This document shows, one piece after another, positions 47,377 through 57,526 of a stretch of DNA of 64,000 nucleotides. The position numbers were made by a program, and so were the translations under genes. The stretch is from Macrostomum hystrix (lineage: Eukaryota; Animalia; Platyhelminthes): positions 1,488,001 through 1,552,000 of the forward strand of contig CATNEN010000037.1 of NCBI GenBank assembly GCA_950097015.1, given 5' to 3'. The notes below the pieces were generated by a model. That model did no database searches and was not told the DNA's origin. It was given only the letters and a program-made list of their open reading frames with translations. Numbering within the stretch: position 1 is the stretch's first letter; each line of letters opens with the position of its first letter.

Positions 47377-48441
47377 TCAGCCTAGAATCTCTTCAAGCAG
47401 AGCCTGATAGGCTTCTAGTTTAATGCCGGTCACGAAGGTAGCGGGTGCCGTAGCGACCCGGCTAAGTCCACGGTCGACTTTGTGAAACCAGTCGACAACC
47501 AGCTGGCCGCGGGTGACCTCGCCGGCCAGTTCAATGGTGCAGCGCTTGTCAAAGGATTCAGCAATCAGGCTGCGCCTTTGACAGATGGCCGCGGCTAACA
47601 GATCGCAACTTCGAAACGCCAGCGGGCCAGCAGAGGTGACCTTGGCTGGCTGCAGGGCGGGCTCCTGGTTGTCCTGCATGCGGCACTGGTGCTCCACAAT
47701 GTATCGCTGCAGTCGGCGCCACAGAGAATTGTCGTCGGCCTTGCCAGCGGCCCACGCTTTGGCCCAGTCGAATGGCAGGCTGCTAGTTAGGCAGACTTCG
47801 TAGGGCACCAGAAGGCGCGGACCCGATGGAAGCAGTTCGTGCAGCACGATTCGAGCTGCTACCGGATCCGACACAAAGTTGAACTCGGCGCTCAGGTGAC
47901 GCTCGTTGTTGCCAAGCGAGTGATGCGCGCCGCCCATGATTATTAAGCCGCTCAGCCAGTTGCCCAATTGCGGCTCTAGGCGCATCGCGACAGCTATGTT
48001 GGTCAATGGAGCCAGAGTCAGAAGCGTCACTTCGCCTTTGTGCTGTGAAACAATTTCGACTAGGCCTAGAGCAGCGTGTGCGGACTCCAATGGAACAGAA
48101 TTGATGGCCTCCTCCACCTCGGTCGCAGCCTCAGTGTTAAGACGCCCGAATGCTCCCCCGATGCCGTCGTCACCATGATAGTGTGACGCCCGAATCTCGC
48201 CAGTAGCACAGGGTCCGTCCGACAATAATGGAAGGCTGCAGCCAGCAAAGACGCGCGGCTTTGGCCGGTTCGGCGGAGTCGAAGCTGCCACCACTAGGCG
48301 AGTGTTGCGAATAACAATGTCCAGCGGCACATTGCCGCCAACACAAGTGACAGCCAAGACCTCACAGAGTGGACTGCGCAGGGCTAGCATCAGAGCCTGG
48401 GCATCGTCCATTCCAGTGTCAACATCAATAATGAGCTTCAT
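47377..48441 (-). CDS. Inosine-uridine preferring nucleoside hydrolase (single exon)
   Basis: 'IIDVDTGMDDAQAL' (DxDxxxDD), 'HGDDGIG', 'LAPLTNIA', 'AEFNFVSDPVAA', 'SCDLLAAA', 'IELAGEVTRGQLVVDW'. Confidence 0.93.
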   Translation of the reverse strand: MKLIIDVDTGMDDAQALMLALRSPLCEVLAVTCVGGNVPLDIVIRNTRLVVAASTPPNRPKPRVFAGCSLPLLSDGPCATGEIRASHYHGDDGIGGAFGRLNTEAATEVEEAINSVPLESAHAALGLVEIVSQHKGEVTLLTLAPLTNIAVAMRLEPQLGNWLSGLIIMGGAHHSLGNNERHLSAEFNFVSDPVAARIVLHELLPSGPRLLVPYEVCLTSSLPFDWAKAWAAGKADDNSLWRRLQRYIVEHQCRMQDNQEPALQPAKVTSAGPLAFRSCDLLAAAICQRRSLIAESFDKRCTIELAGEVTRGQLVVDWFHKVDRGLSRVATAPATFVTGIKLEAYQALLEEILG

Positions 48442-49445
48442 CGCTTATGCTGCCACAAGCTGTGGGTTTAAGTGAGTTAAACAGCAAGCTGTTAATGCAT
48501 TCAAATATGAACTAATGAACGTATTAAAAAATATAGAAAGCTTGCACAGTTTCTAATAGTGGAATGGTTGGAAAGATTGAAGATTTAAGTAACTATATAG
48601 AAAATCTACACAATAACGTATAGGTAAGGTAGCTTGCTTTAGAGGCACAGAAAAATAACTAAAATAATCAACATAGATTGTTTAATAGATTCCAATGTGT
48701 CTGTCATGGGCCATCTTCAGGGTCTGTGGTATATTTCACACATGCATCAATATTTATAAGAAAGAGAGAAAAGTCCAGTACAGTCCAGCCCAGTACAGTC
48801 CAAAGTACAGTCCAAAGAGCAGATCAGGGGCAAAATAACCGAACTAAGCGAGCAAAGTATGGAGATTGTTAGGAGATGCGATTACAATGATAGGTTTTGT
48901 AATTTCAGTTAGAATACTTAAGGCAAATAGACTGAACCACTGTAAATTAGTTGAACATTGAGATTTGGTTTCTGGTTTACATAAATTTGAGTAAATTGTG
49001 AAGTCTAAAGTCATTCCTACTGTAAATAATAATTTCAAACTGTCAAGTTTGCTCACTGTCACAACAGCTGTTGTGGCCGGTTCGGTGTTGTTGCATAGCA
49101 AAGGAGAGTGAGATGAGATTAGTTAAAAAGATTGTGTATACAAGACCACATTGAATTGGATGAAGCAATCTATGTTGATTATTTCATTTATCTACAAAAA
49201 ATAAAAAGGCACATTGTATTCAGCTCATAAACAGGAATACAGAAAAAAATATTTTTTGTTTTTATTAGTAGATCTCTATTAGAAAATTTTAGTATACAAC
49301 TGCAAACTGAAGGTTTTCAATTGCTAGCCTGAATTTGACAAATTAAACATGCAAAATAAAAAACCATATACCTTATGATTGGTAAAATTAACATTCTTAG
49401 AAATAGTTGCATTGTTCTTGACCTCAAGTTGCTAAACTAACTGCT

Positions 49446-50615
49446 TGAAGGGTTGATAAGGATTACTTATTTGCTCAATGCATTTTTTCACAGCAATCTT
49501 TTTCGTTACCCACTGTTTTTGACACTATGCAAAATAACAAAGAAGCCAAGCAAAGTGTCATTTGGTTTTTGTGGAGGCAAGGGAAGTGTCAAGCTGACAT
49601 TGAGCGCCGTATGCAAGCTGACCAGGGGGATCCTGCTGCAGCAGGACAATGCCAGGCCTCACACCAGTCAGGCAACAATGGCTGCCATCGCCAACCTGGG
49701 CTTCGAGCTACTGCCACATCCGTCATACTCGCCAGACCTAGCATTGAGTGACTACTGGCTGTTTGGGCAGATGAAGGAGTCCCTCCGAGGTCACTGGTAC
49801 AGTAGCCTACAGGCCATGGCCTCTGCCATTAGGGTAATGTATCATCAACCAAACAAGAATGTGTATTTTTTTACTTCAAACCTAAGCTACAGATTTTCTA
49901 TTTAAGATATCATGATAAATCAAAAGCCAAGTTATAGAAAACAGTTACATCTTTCTAAAAAGTATCTGCTTTTGCCATTTTGTCAAATAGAAAAGTTATT
50001 CCTACTTTTTATCTAAAATCGAACAATGATTTTAATGTATCTTCAAACCGAACAGAGAATTTGATGTTTGATGTCATTTGAAAGCATTTTTCATGCTCTA
50101 TAAATAACTAAATTTATGGTCATTTAATTGGCAAGCAACCACATACAATTTTCGTCTAAAGTACATACTGAAAAAATGTTGTTAAAAAGTATGCTTTTGC
50201 AATAAAAATTTCTACTGAAACATCAATATCTTTCTTTCCTCTTAATGCTTCATTGCACATCATGCCTCAGCTTGTAGATAATTTCTTCAACTTTCAAATT
50301 AGTTGTTCTGTGAAACACAATAGCTTGTTTCTGTCTTGCACGAGACCAAGGAAGGAGTCAAAATTCTTGTTTGGTTTTGAAGATACACTGTTCGGTTGAT
50401 GATACATTACCCTAGGCCTAGGCCTAGCCTGTGGGTCAGAGGGACCCCCAGAGAATTTTTTGCTACTGGAATTGAGAAGCTGCCAGAGCGATGGCACAAG
50501 TGTGTCTGCCTCAAGGGCACATATATTGAGAAGGTTGACAACAAATGTTTTCATATACATATGCAGTTACAGTTTTTTTTTCAAGTTTGTCTGCAAACTT
50601 TCCGAACAACCCTTG
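49446..50615 (+). mobile_element. Internally deleted mariner (DD34D-type), interrupted by a MITE
   Basis: N-terminus 'KQSVIWFLWRQGKCQADIERRMQA' fused to 'LLQQDNARPHTS...ELLPHPSYSPDLALSDYWLFGQMK', resuming after the insertion as 'WVRGTPREFFATGIEKLPERWHKCV'. 3' TIR 'aaactttccgaacaacccttg' followed by TA. The 5' TIR is decayed, so the start is approximate. Confidence 0.85.
49832..50412. mobile_element. MITE with GGG...CCC termini and TA target duplication
   Basis: TIR gggtaatgtatcatcaacc / ggttgatgatacattaccc, flanked by TA at 49830-49831 and 50413-50414; it splits the mariner ORF. Confidence 0.88.
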
Positions 50616-51825
50616 TAATATAAACTCTAAAGATAGCTTTAGGACAAGGTCATGTATATCTATATTTACATAACCTAAACTAAACTCAGATTTACCCCGA
50701 TATAAAATTAAGAATGATATAAAATATAAAAATGAATAGGCAACTCCAAGATTCATTTCATTTTCATCAGATGATTGTACTAGCCAACTAGCATAGGCTA
50801 TCTTTTTAAGTAGACATTCATTAAAATTCTTAAATAGCTAATCTAATAATTTATAATTCAGTTGTTGTTTATTCATTTCCTATTATAATAAATTGTTTAA
50901 ATTGAGCATAGCTAATATTAATAAAACTCTAACTATAATCTATAAATGACTTTAAAACCTTTTATAATTATTTAATTATATTATAGATAAATTGTTCATA
51001 CACGCCTATATTATATACCATGGGTTTTGAAATTTACTGTTATATTCTTTCAGATCAGTTATTGATCAAATTAGGGTTAGGCCAAGACCAAAGGACAGGG
51101 CATCTGTAGAATATGTATGTATTTATAGCTATTTTACTGCATAACTAACTACATACAATTGCAGCAAGCCGAAAAGCAAACAACTTTATCACTTTCATTT
51201 TTAAAGTTCAATAGTAAAAGACACATGAAGATTAGTAAAAATTGAGGATATGGTATAGGCAATTCTTTTTTGTTTTTAATTGCGTTTATACTTTTTAAGT
51301 TTATATATATGTTTTCTCAGAACAAACGCGTGATCGCAAAATTAACTCGGCAAACAATTAATTTATGCAATAAATAAAATAAAAATAAAATAAAATAATA
51401 ATAAACGTTAATTGACTTGCATGTGCATTTGGCTGGGTGAATAAACAAACGCGAAATAAGTAACACGAAATAAGAAGAAGAAATAATGTATTACCGTGAT
51501 CAAAGTAGTCAGGCTATTAGTATATAAAAAAAGTTTTTTTACCTTAAGGCACTTTCGAATTTTTTTGAAAAAGGCAGCGACTAAATTATGAAGTAAAGAA
51601 ATCGTGTTAAGTCTTTTTTTTGCATCAAGATTTTACTTTTTTGAATGGTCTTTTATGAGTTTTTAATTAGCTCGTATCAACTCCATATTGTTCTTTATAA
51701 AAAATATATGCAACTTATGCGTTCGTTCATATCCTTCAGTAAAAAGTACAAGCATTCAAATTGTAGCGTGAAAACTTTCCCTTTCTTTTCTAATAAGTTA
51801 CAGTTTTCCCTGTCGCCCACAATAT

Positions 51826-52164
51826 TTACAGCTCCTCTCTGACGTTTATAATATACAATTCGCCCTTATTAGCCTTGCTGCGCACAGTCTCACAGTGAAC
51901 CTCCCAGTCCAGTTCGTTATGAAATCGTCTCGGGCAGTGCATCATGGTGCAAGAGTCCAGGCTGCCACCATCGATTGTGCACAGGCAGCTGTTACAACCA
52001 TCCGGTGAGAAATGATATCCCCCGTGCTTTTTGTCCTCGCAGAACTCGAACGCGCTGAAACAGGATCCTCGGGTATCGTTGGCCAGCACTTGCTGAGGTA
52101 AAAAATTCACAATGGCGATTGAAAGCTGCAGCACGATTAGCCAGCACGTATATCGATGTGACAT
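51826..52164 (-). CDS. Small secretory-pathway Cys-rich protein with a pacifastin-like motif, copy 1
   Basis: Signal-like N-terminus, 'C...DGCNSCLC..DGG...SCTMMHC', C-terminus REEL. The ORF is intact in both duplicate copies. Confidence 0.65.
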   Translation of the reverse strand: MSHRYTCWLIVLQLSIAIVNFLPQQVLANDTRGSCFSAFEFCEDKKHGGYHFSPDGCNSCLCTIDGGSLDSCTMMHCPRRFHNELDWEVHCETVRSKANKGELYIINVREEL

Positions 52165-53180
52165 CTTTGAAGAATTTACGTTTAGCTTGCTGGATTAGAG
52201 ATTTGAATGTCAGCTACTGAAGAGCTAGACCTTCTATCGGTATCAATAAAAGTAATTTATATACTCAGTTCTAATAGTATTCCATGTGGTGTAACACTGA
52301 TAGTGGAACGTGCCTTATCCACAAATTGTTAGACACCAAAATGTGTTCGGATTGTAATTCTCACAATTGCTTTTCCATGTGCACGCGCGAGCCTGGTAGA
52401 ACCTTGACTGTGCTTTTCTGGATACAGCTGACTTATCAAATAATAGCTATAGGAGCGGCTTCTAAAACAAAAATATCACAGATCTATAGTCGCTTCACTG
52501 CAGTCACGTAGATTAGTAGTCTTGAAAAAGATACAGGGTAAATGTTAAAAACAGCATTTTCGAATGGCTTATAAGCGTTCGAGAATGGTACGAGAATCGA
52601 GTATATTCTTGCTAATATATTCTGATCGCCTGTTTGTTTTTTAATAAAACCTCAATTAACTTTTCGGTGACAGTGCAGGAATGAAATTTCTGAAATTTGA
52701 CTGGACTTTTTTTACTCGTTTTTACTACAAAAATACTCGTCTATTTAGCGTGCAAGAATCTCAAATAGCGTCCGCTAAATCGTACAGGAATGTTGTGCAG
52801 TACAGTCTGCGGTAAAACCTCACTCAAAATTTTATAATGCTCAGCGTTCAAGAATGAAACGCACTCTTACTTGATTTAGTGTGCGGGATTGCTTTAGCGT
52901 GCGGGAATTTTAGCGACGACTTTGTCGTCATGCTCTGAGCTCTGAAATGGTCAGAGCTCGTGCAGAGCTTCGCGCAACTCGTGTTTTTGCGATTCTACTC
53001 GTCCCGAACTCGTGCAGGAATGTACCAATCAATATTGCTTAAATCATCTAATACTCAAAATAAGTTATCACAGTTTTCGTTAGGAACAAAATAATAAGTA
53101 AGTGTTCGCACCGGAAAATTAGATTTGTAAAGCTCCAATGCTAAATGCCGGGAGAGCTAGCTGCTGACGACAACAAGCTG

Positions 53181-53967
53181 CTACAGTCGCATTGTGCACT
53201 GAACGAATTCGTCATAGGTAAAATAGCAGGTGCCAGTCTCTTCGTCATTGTGCTGCGCCCGGTCACGCGCTCGAAAAGTCTCCGTAAAATAGCGCAGGCG
53301 CACGGACAGCGCGACAAAGTCGTCGAATGCCAGCAGAGAGCGGCCATCGTTCATGGCTCTTGCGTGACGCTTGAGTAGCGTGGAAATCGCCTGAGGCGAC
53401 AGGATGTAGCGAAATCTTTGCGTGATGAGGTTTTGCAGCTCGTGGGCTTCAATGTATCCACTCCGGTTAAGGTCGAATTCCTGGAATGTGCTGTGCCAGT
53501 ACACAAGGCAGGTCAGAAGCTCGCGAAACTCGTCGTACTGCATGATACCATCTTGCGACCGGTCAAGCATGGCCAGCATGATTCTGCAGAGCTCCATAGA
53601 CCAGGTGACACCGTAGTAGCTGCGAATGTTTGGGTGCTCGTTCAGGATGCGGCAGAGCTCGTGAGCCTGGATACCGCCCAGTGTTGGCGAGGCGTAGCTG
53701 TTGAACATTCCTGCGAACTCGTTCTCGTTTTGGAACTGAAAACTCTGAAAAAATAGCGTAGAGAAACACAGGTTAGGCAAGCTAATTTAGGTTTACATTT
53801 AAACGCAATCGAATGAAACTCTCGCTCACCTGCCATGGGTTCACATGCTCGTAGACATTCTGCGCCATATTCTCTCCATAGCTACCGTAGAACTGGCTGT
53901 TCTGATGACTCGTCATCTGCTGCCTGTAGAACTGTTTACCCAGCTGCTGTGCTACGAAGCGCCTCAT
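53181..53967 (-). CDS. Penta-EF-hand protein (sorcin/grancalcin-like), copy 1; exons 53830-53967 and 53181-53735 (or 53744)
   Basis: 'IQAHELCRIL', 'ELCRIMLAMLDRSQDGIMQYDEFRELL', 'FQEFDLNRSGYIEAHEL', 'LAFDDFVALSVRLRYFTETFRARD', 'FTYDEFVQCTM'; phase-0 intron gtgagc..cag. Confidence 0.88.
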
Positions 53968-54231
53968 GCTGATCGGATGATGGAATGATCTGATCCTTAA
54001 CACAGAAGACAACTTATCCATAAGTGAAACAAAGAAATGATACTTAACCCAGTTGGGCCAGCAGCCAACGCTTTAAATAAAGGCTTGTTCAACTGTTCAG
54101 TCCATGAACTGGAGAGGCCGCCACCCAAAATTTCCCTGCAAAATGTTATTTCAGCTCTTCAAGAAACTAACCTTGTATACTTGTAATCCGCGTCAGTTGA
54201 GTCTGTTGGTGCTTCAGAACTTAATGGTAGC

Positions 54232-56227
54232 TTAATACCAGGCTTTTAAGCGCGTAGCGCACTCGTGCCGCGTCATTTCCGCACGCAAAAGCCTGGTATA
54301 AGGCACATTGTCACATTCTTTCTCTTATTATTTCTCGTTGTGTAATTTTGTGATTATCAAACGCCAACTTTTCAACATCTACCATAGACTATGGTGGAAC
54401 TGCGAGTTTATTTTTCATATCAACGAGAAATCAGCTTCAATGGTTAAGCAATGAACAGTTTACAGTTTTTAGTTGTTTATAGTTGCAATTCTCAATGACG
54501 CAGATGTCTCTAACCATTCAAGTTGAAAGTGCAGCCAGAGAAATGACAATCCGTGAAGATAGTTGAGACGTTCTGCCTACTAAGTGTAATGTTCTGGTTA
54601 CTCACGTCCATCGTGCTTGACGATCCAGCGTTAGATGGCTGATCAGTCCTAACCAATTCTGTGTTCGTACGAGAATCACTTGATTGCAAAGCTTCCCCCA
54701 CAGTCGTAGCCATGTCTCGCAGCGTGTGGTCACGTTTCCTCGATAGATACCGCCGAACTGTCGACTCAGATTGATGTCCCGTGATATTCATGATGTCGGA
54801 CAGAGTATAGCCAGCTTCGTGTAGATCAGCCGTCCTAGTTACTCGAATGCAATGGTTCGTATACTTTTTGCTGAGCTCACACAGGGTGCTTAATCGAGAT
54901 CGTGCTGAACGATCCTAACCAATTGATTCCACGAACCTGCTTAGTTGAAAACTGCAGCTGTCCTTCTTTATTTGCCATCGGTCTTGGAAAAAACGAATTG
55001 TCCTTGGTTTCGTTGGGCAGGACTTGAAGGTAGGTCTTAATGAGTTCATACTGACCGCCATAGATTCTCGCTTGCTTTGGGTTGAAACCTTTGGCCTTGA
55101 CTGGATTGGCACTCTGGTTCTTGGTTCTGAGGTTAGGTAGCTCGTAATACTTCTTGCCGTCGCCGTCTTCTTTTTCTACGAGTATGTCTCTCTGACGAAG
55201 GTGTTGGAGGTGCTCTTGACCGCGCTCTCCCAAGACATACAATAAAGTGTAAATCACTTCATCCTGTAGTCGTTCTCCAGTCGAGCGATCAAAGTAACTG
55301 GACAACTTGGTTAGATCGGCGCGCTCTATCGGTTCGTAACGCTTCACGCTCCCGCCTTTAGAATGAAAATCCCGCACCTTAACTCGAAGCATGCGATTGG
55401 CAGTATAGCAAAGTTAGGATCATCGACGATGTTGAGTTCACGCTTGATAATGAAGTGAAAAAATCGCTGGATGCCGGCCCGAATGCAGACCAAGCTAGAT
55501 GGCGAGTACGACTCTCCATTCGGTTTAGAAAGCCGAAAGTAGTAGAACCGCAGGTGCTCGTTGAGGCTACTGGGCTCCATTGTTTTGAGACTTTCAACAG
55601 GATGACCCAAGTCACTCATGTAGCTGGCAAACGCTTTGCCATAAAGGAACATTTGCTCCTTGGTCGATCTTGGTAGAGAATCCACCTCGGCCTTGTCCAT
55701 GACATCAGTAGCAACAGAAGCTCCATCCTCTTCACATTCCGGCAGATCGACACCAAGCAGTTCATCGTCAGATCGTGAATGATCGGTAATGAAGTTAATA
55801 AAGTCCTCCAGCTGATTGTCATCTCGGTGATTGTCACTGCTCAGCTCCGCAATGAATGAGTATTCGCTGGATGAAACGCCATCGAGACTATCAACCGGCA
55901 GATGAGACCAATTGATAAGATGCGTAGCGGTCATGTTTAAGGCAGGCAAGCGAAGACGGCTTAAAATGAAAAACTGAGAAGTCTTCGCTGTAACTTCGAA
56001 CATTTAAGACCAAAGTTTCTGACGAATTACCATAGACGGTATCTAAATTTAGTCATGCATTATCAACCGTTTGATAATGAAAGATTATTAAACGCCTATT
56101 TTGTGTAGAAATCATGAGACAATAATATTGTGTCTATGGTTTTAGGCTTTGATAATGCTCAAATGACACTCGTGGCTTCGCCACTCGTTTATTTGAGCAT
56201 TATCAAAGCCTAAAACCATAGACACAA
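54232..56227 (-). mobile_element. Crypton-like tyrosine-recombinase DNA transposon A (CDS ~54510-55934, two frameshifts)
   Basis: Joined frames give 'LRFYYFRLSKPNGESYSPSSLVCIRAGIQRF...LGERGQEHL...KYTNHCIRVT...IMNITGHQSESTVRRY', with catalytic R, HxxR, H and Y intact. Hairpins at both sides, no TIR/TSD pair. The 5' boundary is uncertain and may extend to ~56860. Confidence 0.8.
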
Positions 56228-56697
56228 CTAACCATTATTTTCTCGCCTTTAGTTTCTCGCCATAGACATAATAAAATTCATTCGCCTATGTCTCCTATCG
56301 GTTCCTGCAGTTTGAAATGGCGTGCGGTAATGCCACCGCCATTACTGCACGCTTTTTGGACTTCTCTTAAGTCCAACGCATACGAAATCACCATAGACAT
56401 TTGTCATTACCGCAGGCTAAAAAGTATCATACCGCAGCTAGGCGAGATGATAATGGAACTTTACCGGTTGGGTGCCGAGCAAGTTAATGGCGGTCGATCG
56501 AGGCGCGTAGCGCCGAGATCGTAATCGCCATTAACTGCGAGGCAGCCAACCGGTAAAAGCATTATAAGGCTTCAGGCCATAGACAAATCAACTCCCCCTA
56601 TAACGCCGTTGCTTGTCGACCGACAGCCGCCAGATAGCGTTATAGGGGGAGTTGATTTGTCTATGGCCTGAAGCCTTATAATGCTTTTACCGGTTGG
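56128..56697. other. Cluster of long DNA hairpins next to Crypton A
   Basis: Perfect 37-bp arms (56128-56164 / 56191-56227), an imperfect stem 56460-56557, and perfect 61-bp arms (56546-56606 / 56637-56697). Confidence 0.92.
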
Positions 56698-57458
56698 TAA
56701 AATACTTTAATTGATAATTGAAAAGAAACAAATATAAGCGTCCAAATTTTGTAAGCTTCTGGCTCATGGCGGATTGGCGCAGTTTGTGCCATAGACATGC
56801 CATTATCGCTGAGTGATCGTTTATACCATAATACGTTGCTGAAGCCTTATAATGATGCTTAAATGATGATGATCAAATCGCTTAATATTTATTTATATAT
56901 TTCACTCAGATATCAGCTGCCCCATTCAGGAAGTCGCCTAAGGTTTATTGACTAAACGGTGAAGGGCGGTCAATATCTAGCTCGAACTGGTTTGAATAAT
57001 TCATCTCTACATTTGCTATATTTGCTGAGCACATGTATTGCTTGCCCATGGAAATGGATCTCGTATTGATCACGATTGAGGCACGATTCTTTTGAGTCTA
57101 AACTTCTAAAATAACTGCAAATAAAAATGCCCATTCCTTATTCTTCCACTTCCAACACTTCCAACAACCACAGCAAGAGCGAGATGCGCTTCTGAATCAA
57201 ATGTAATGCAGAGGTCCATTTTAGGAAATAAGCTTTCAATGACTCAATAAAACTTGTTTTGTCCTGCAGTGTCAATCAAATAAGATTTATTAAACTTTTT
57301 TCCGGATGACCACATAAAAACTAAGAATTCTGCTGAGATTGCATGCAGCATGCAGTGTGATGTTAAAATCTAATAATTTATAATTCAGTTGTTGTTTATT
57401 CATTTCCTATTATAAGAAATTGTTTAAATTGAGCATAGCTAATATTAATAAAACTCTA

Positions 57459-57491
57459 TCTATATATATAAATGTGAAAACTCTGTCTGTC

Positions 57492-57526
<35 letters not shown>

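Larger units (their letters stand above)
50841..54235. repeat. Segmental tandem duplication, copy 1
   Basis: Near-identical to 57368-57458 plus 59400-62775; same genes and SINE fragment, with scattered SNPs and small indels. Confidence 0.92.

Noticed and set aside
47377-48441. Horizontal transfer of the intronless nucleoside hydrolase (or of the photolyase) from bacteria
   Set aside because: Both families occur widely in invertebrates, several neighbouring host genes are also intronless, and the 'SCD' motif fits metazoan-type enzymes; the sequence gives no positive evidence of transfer.
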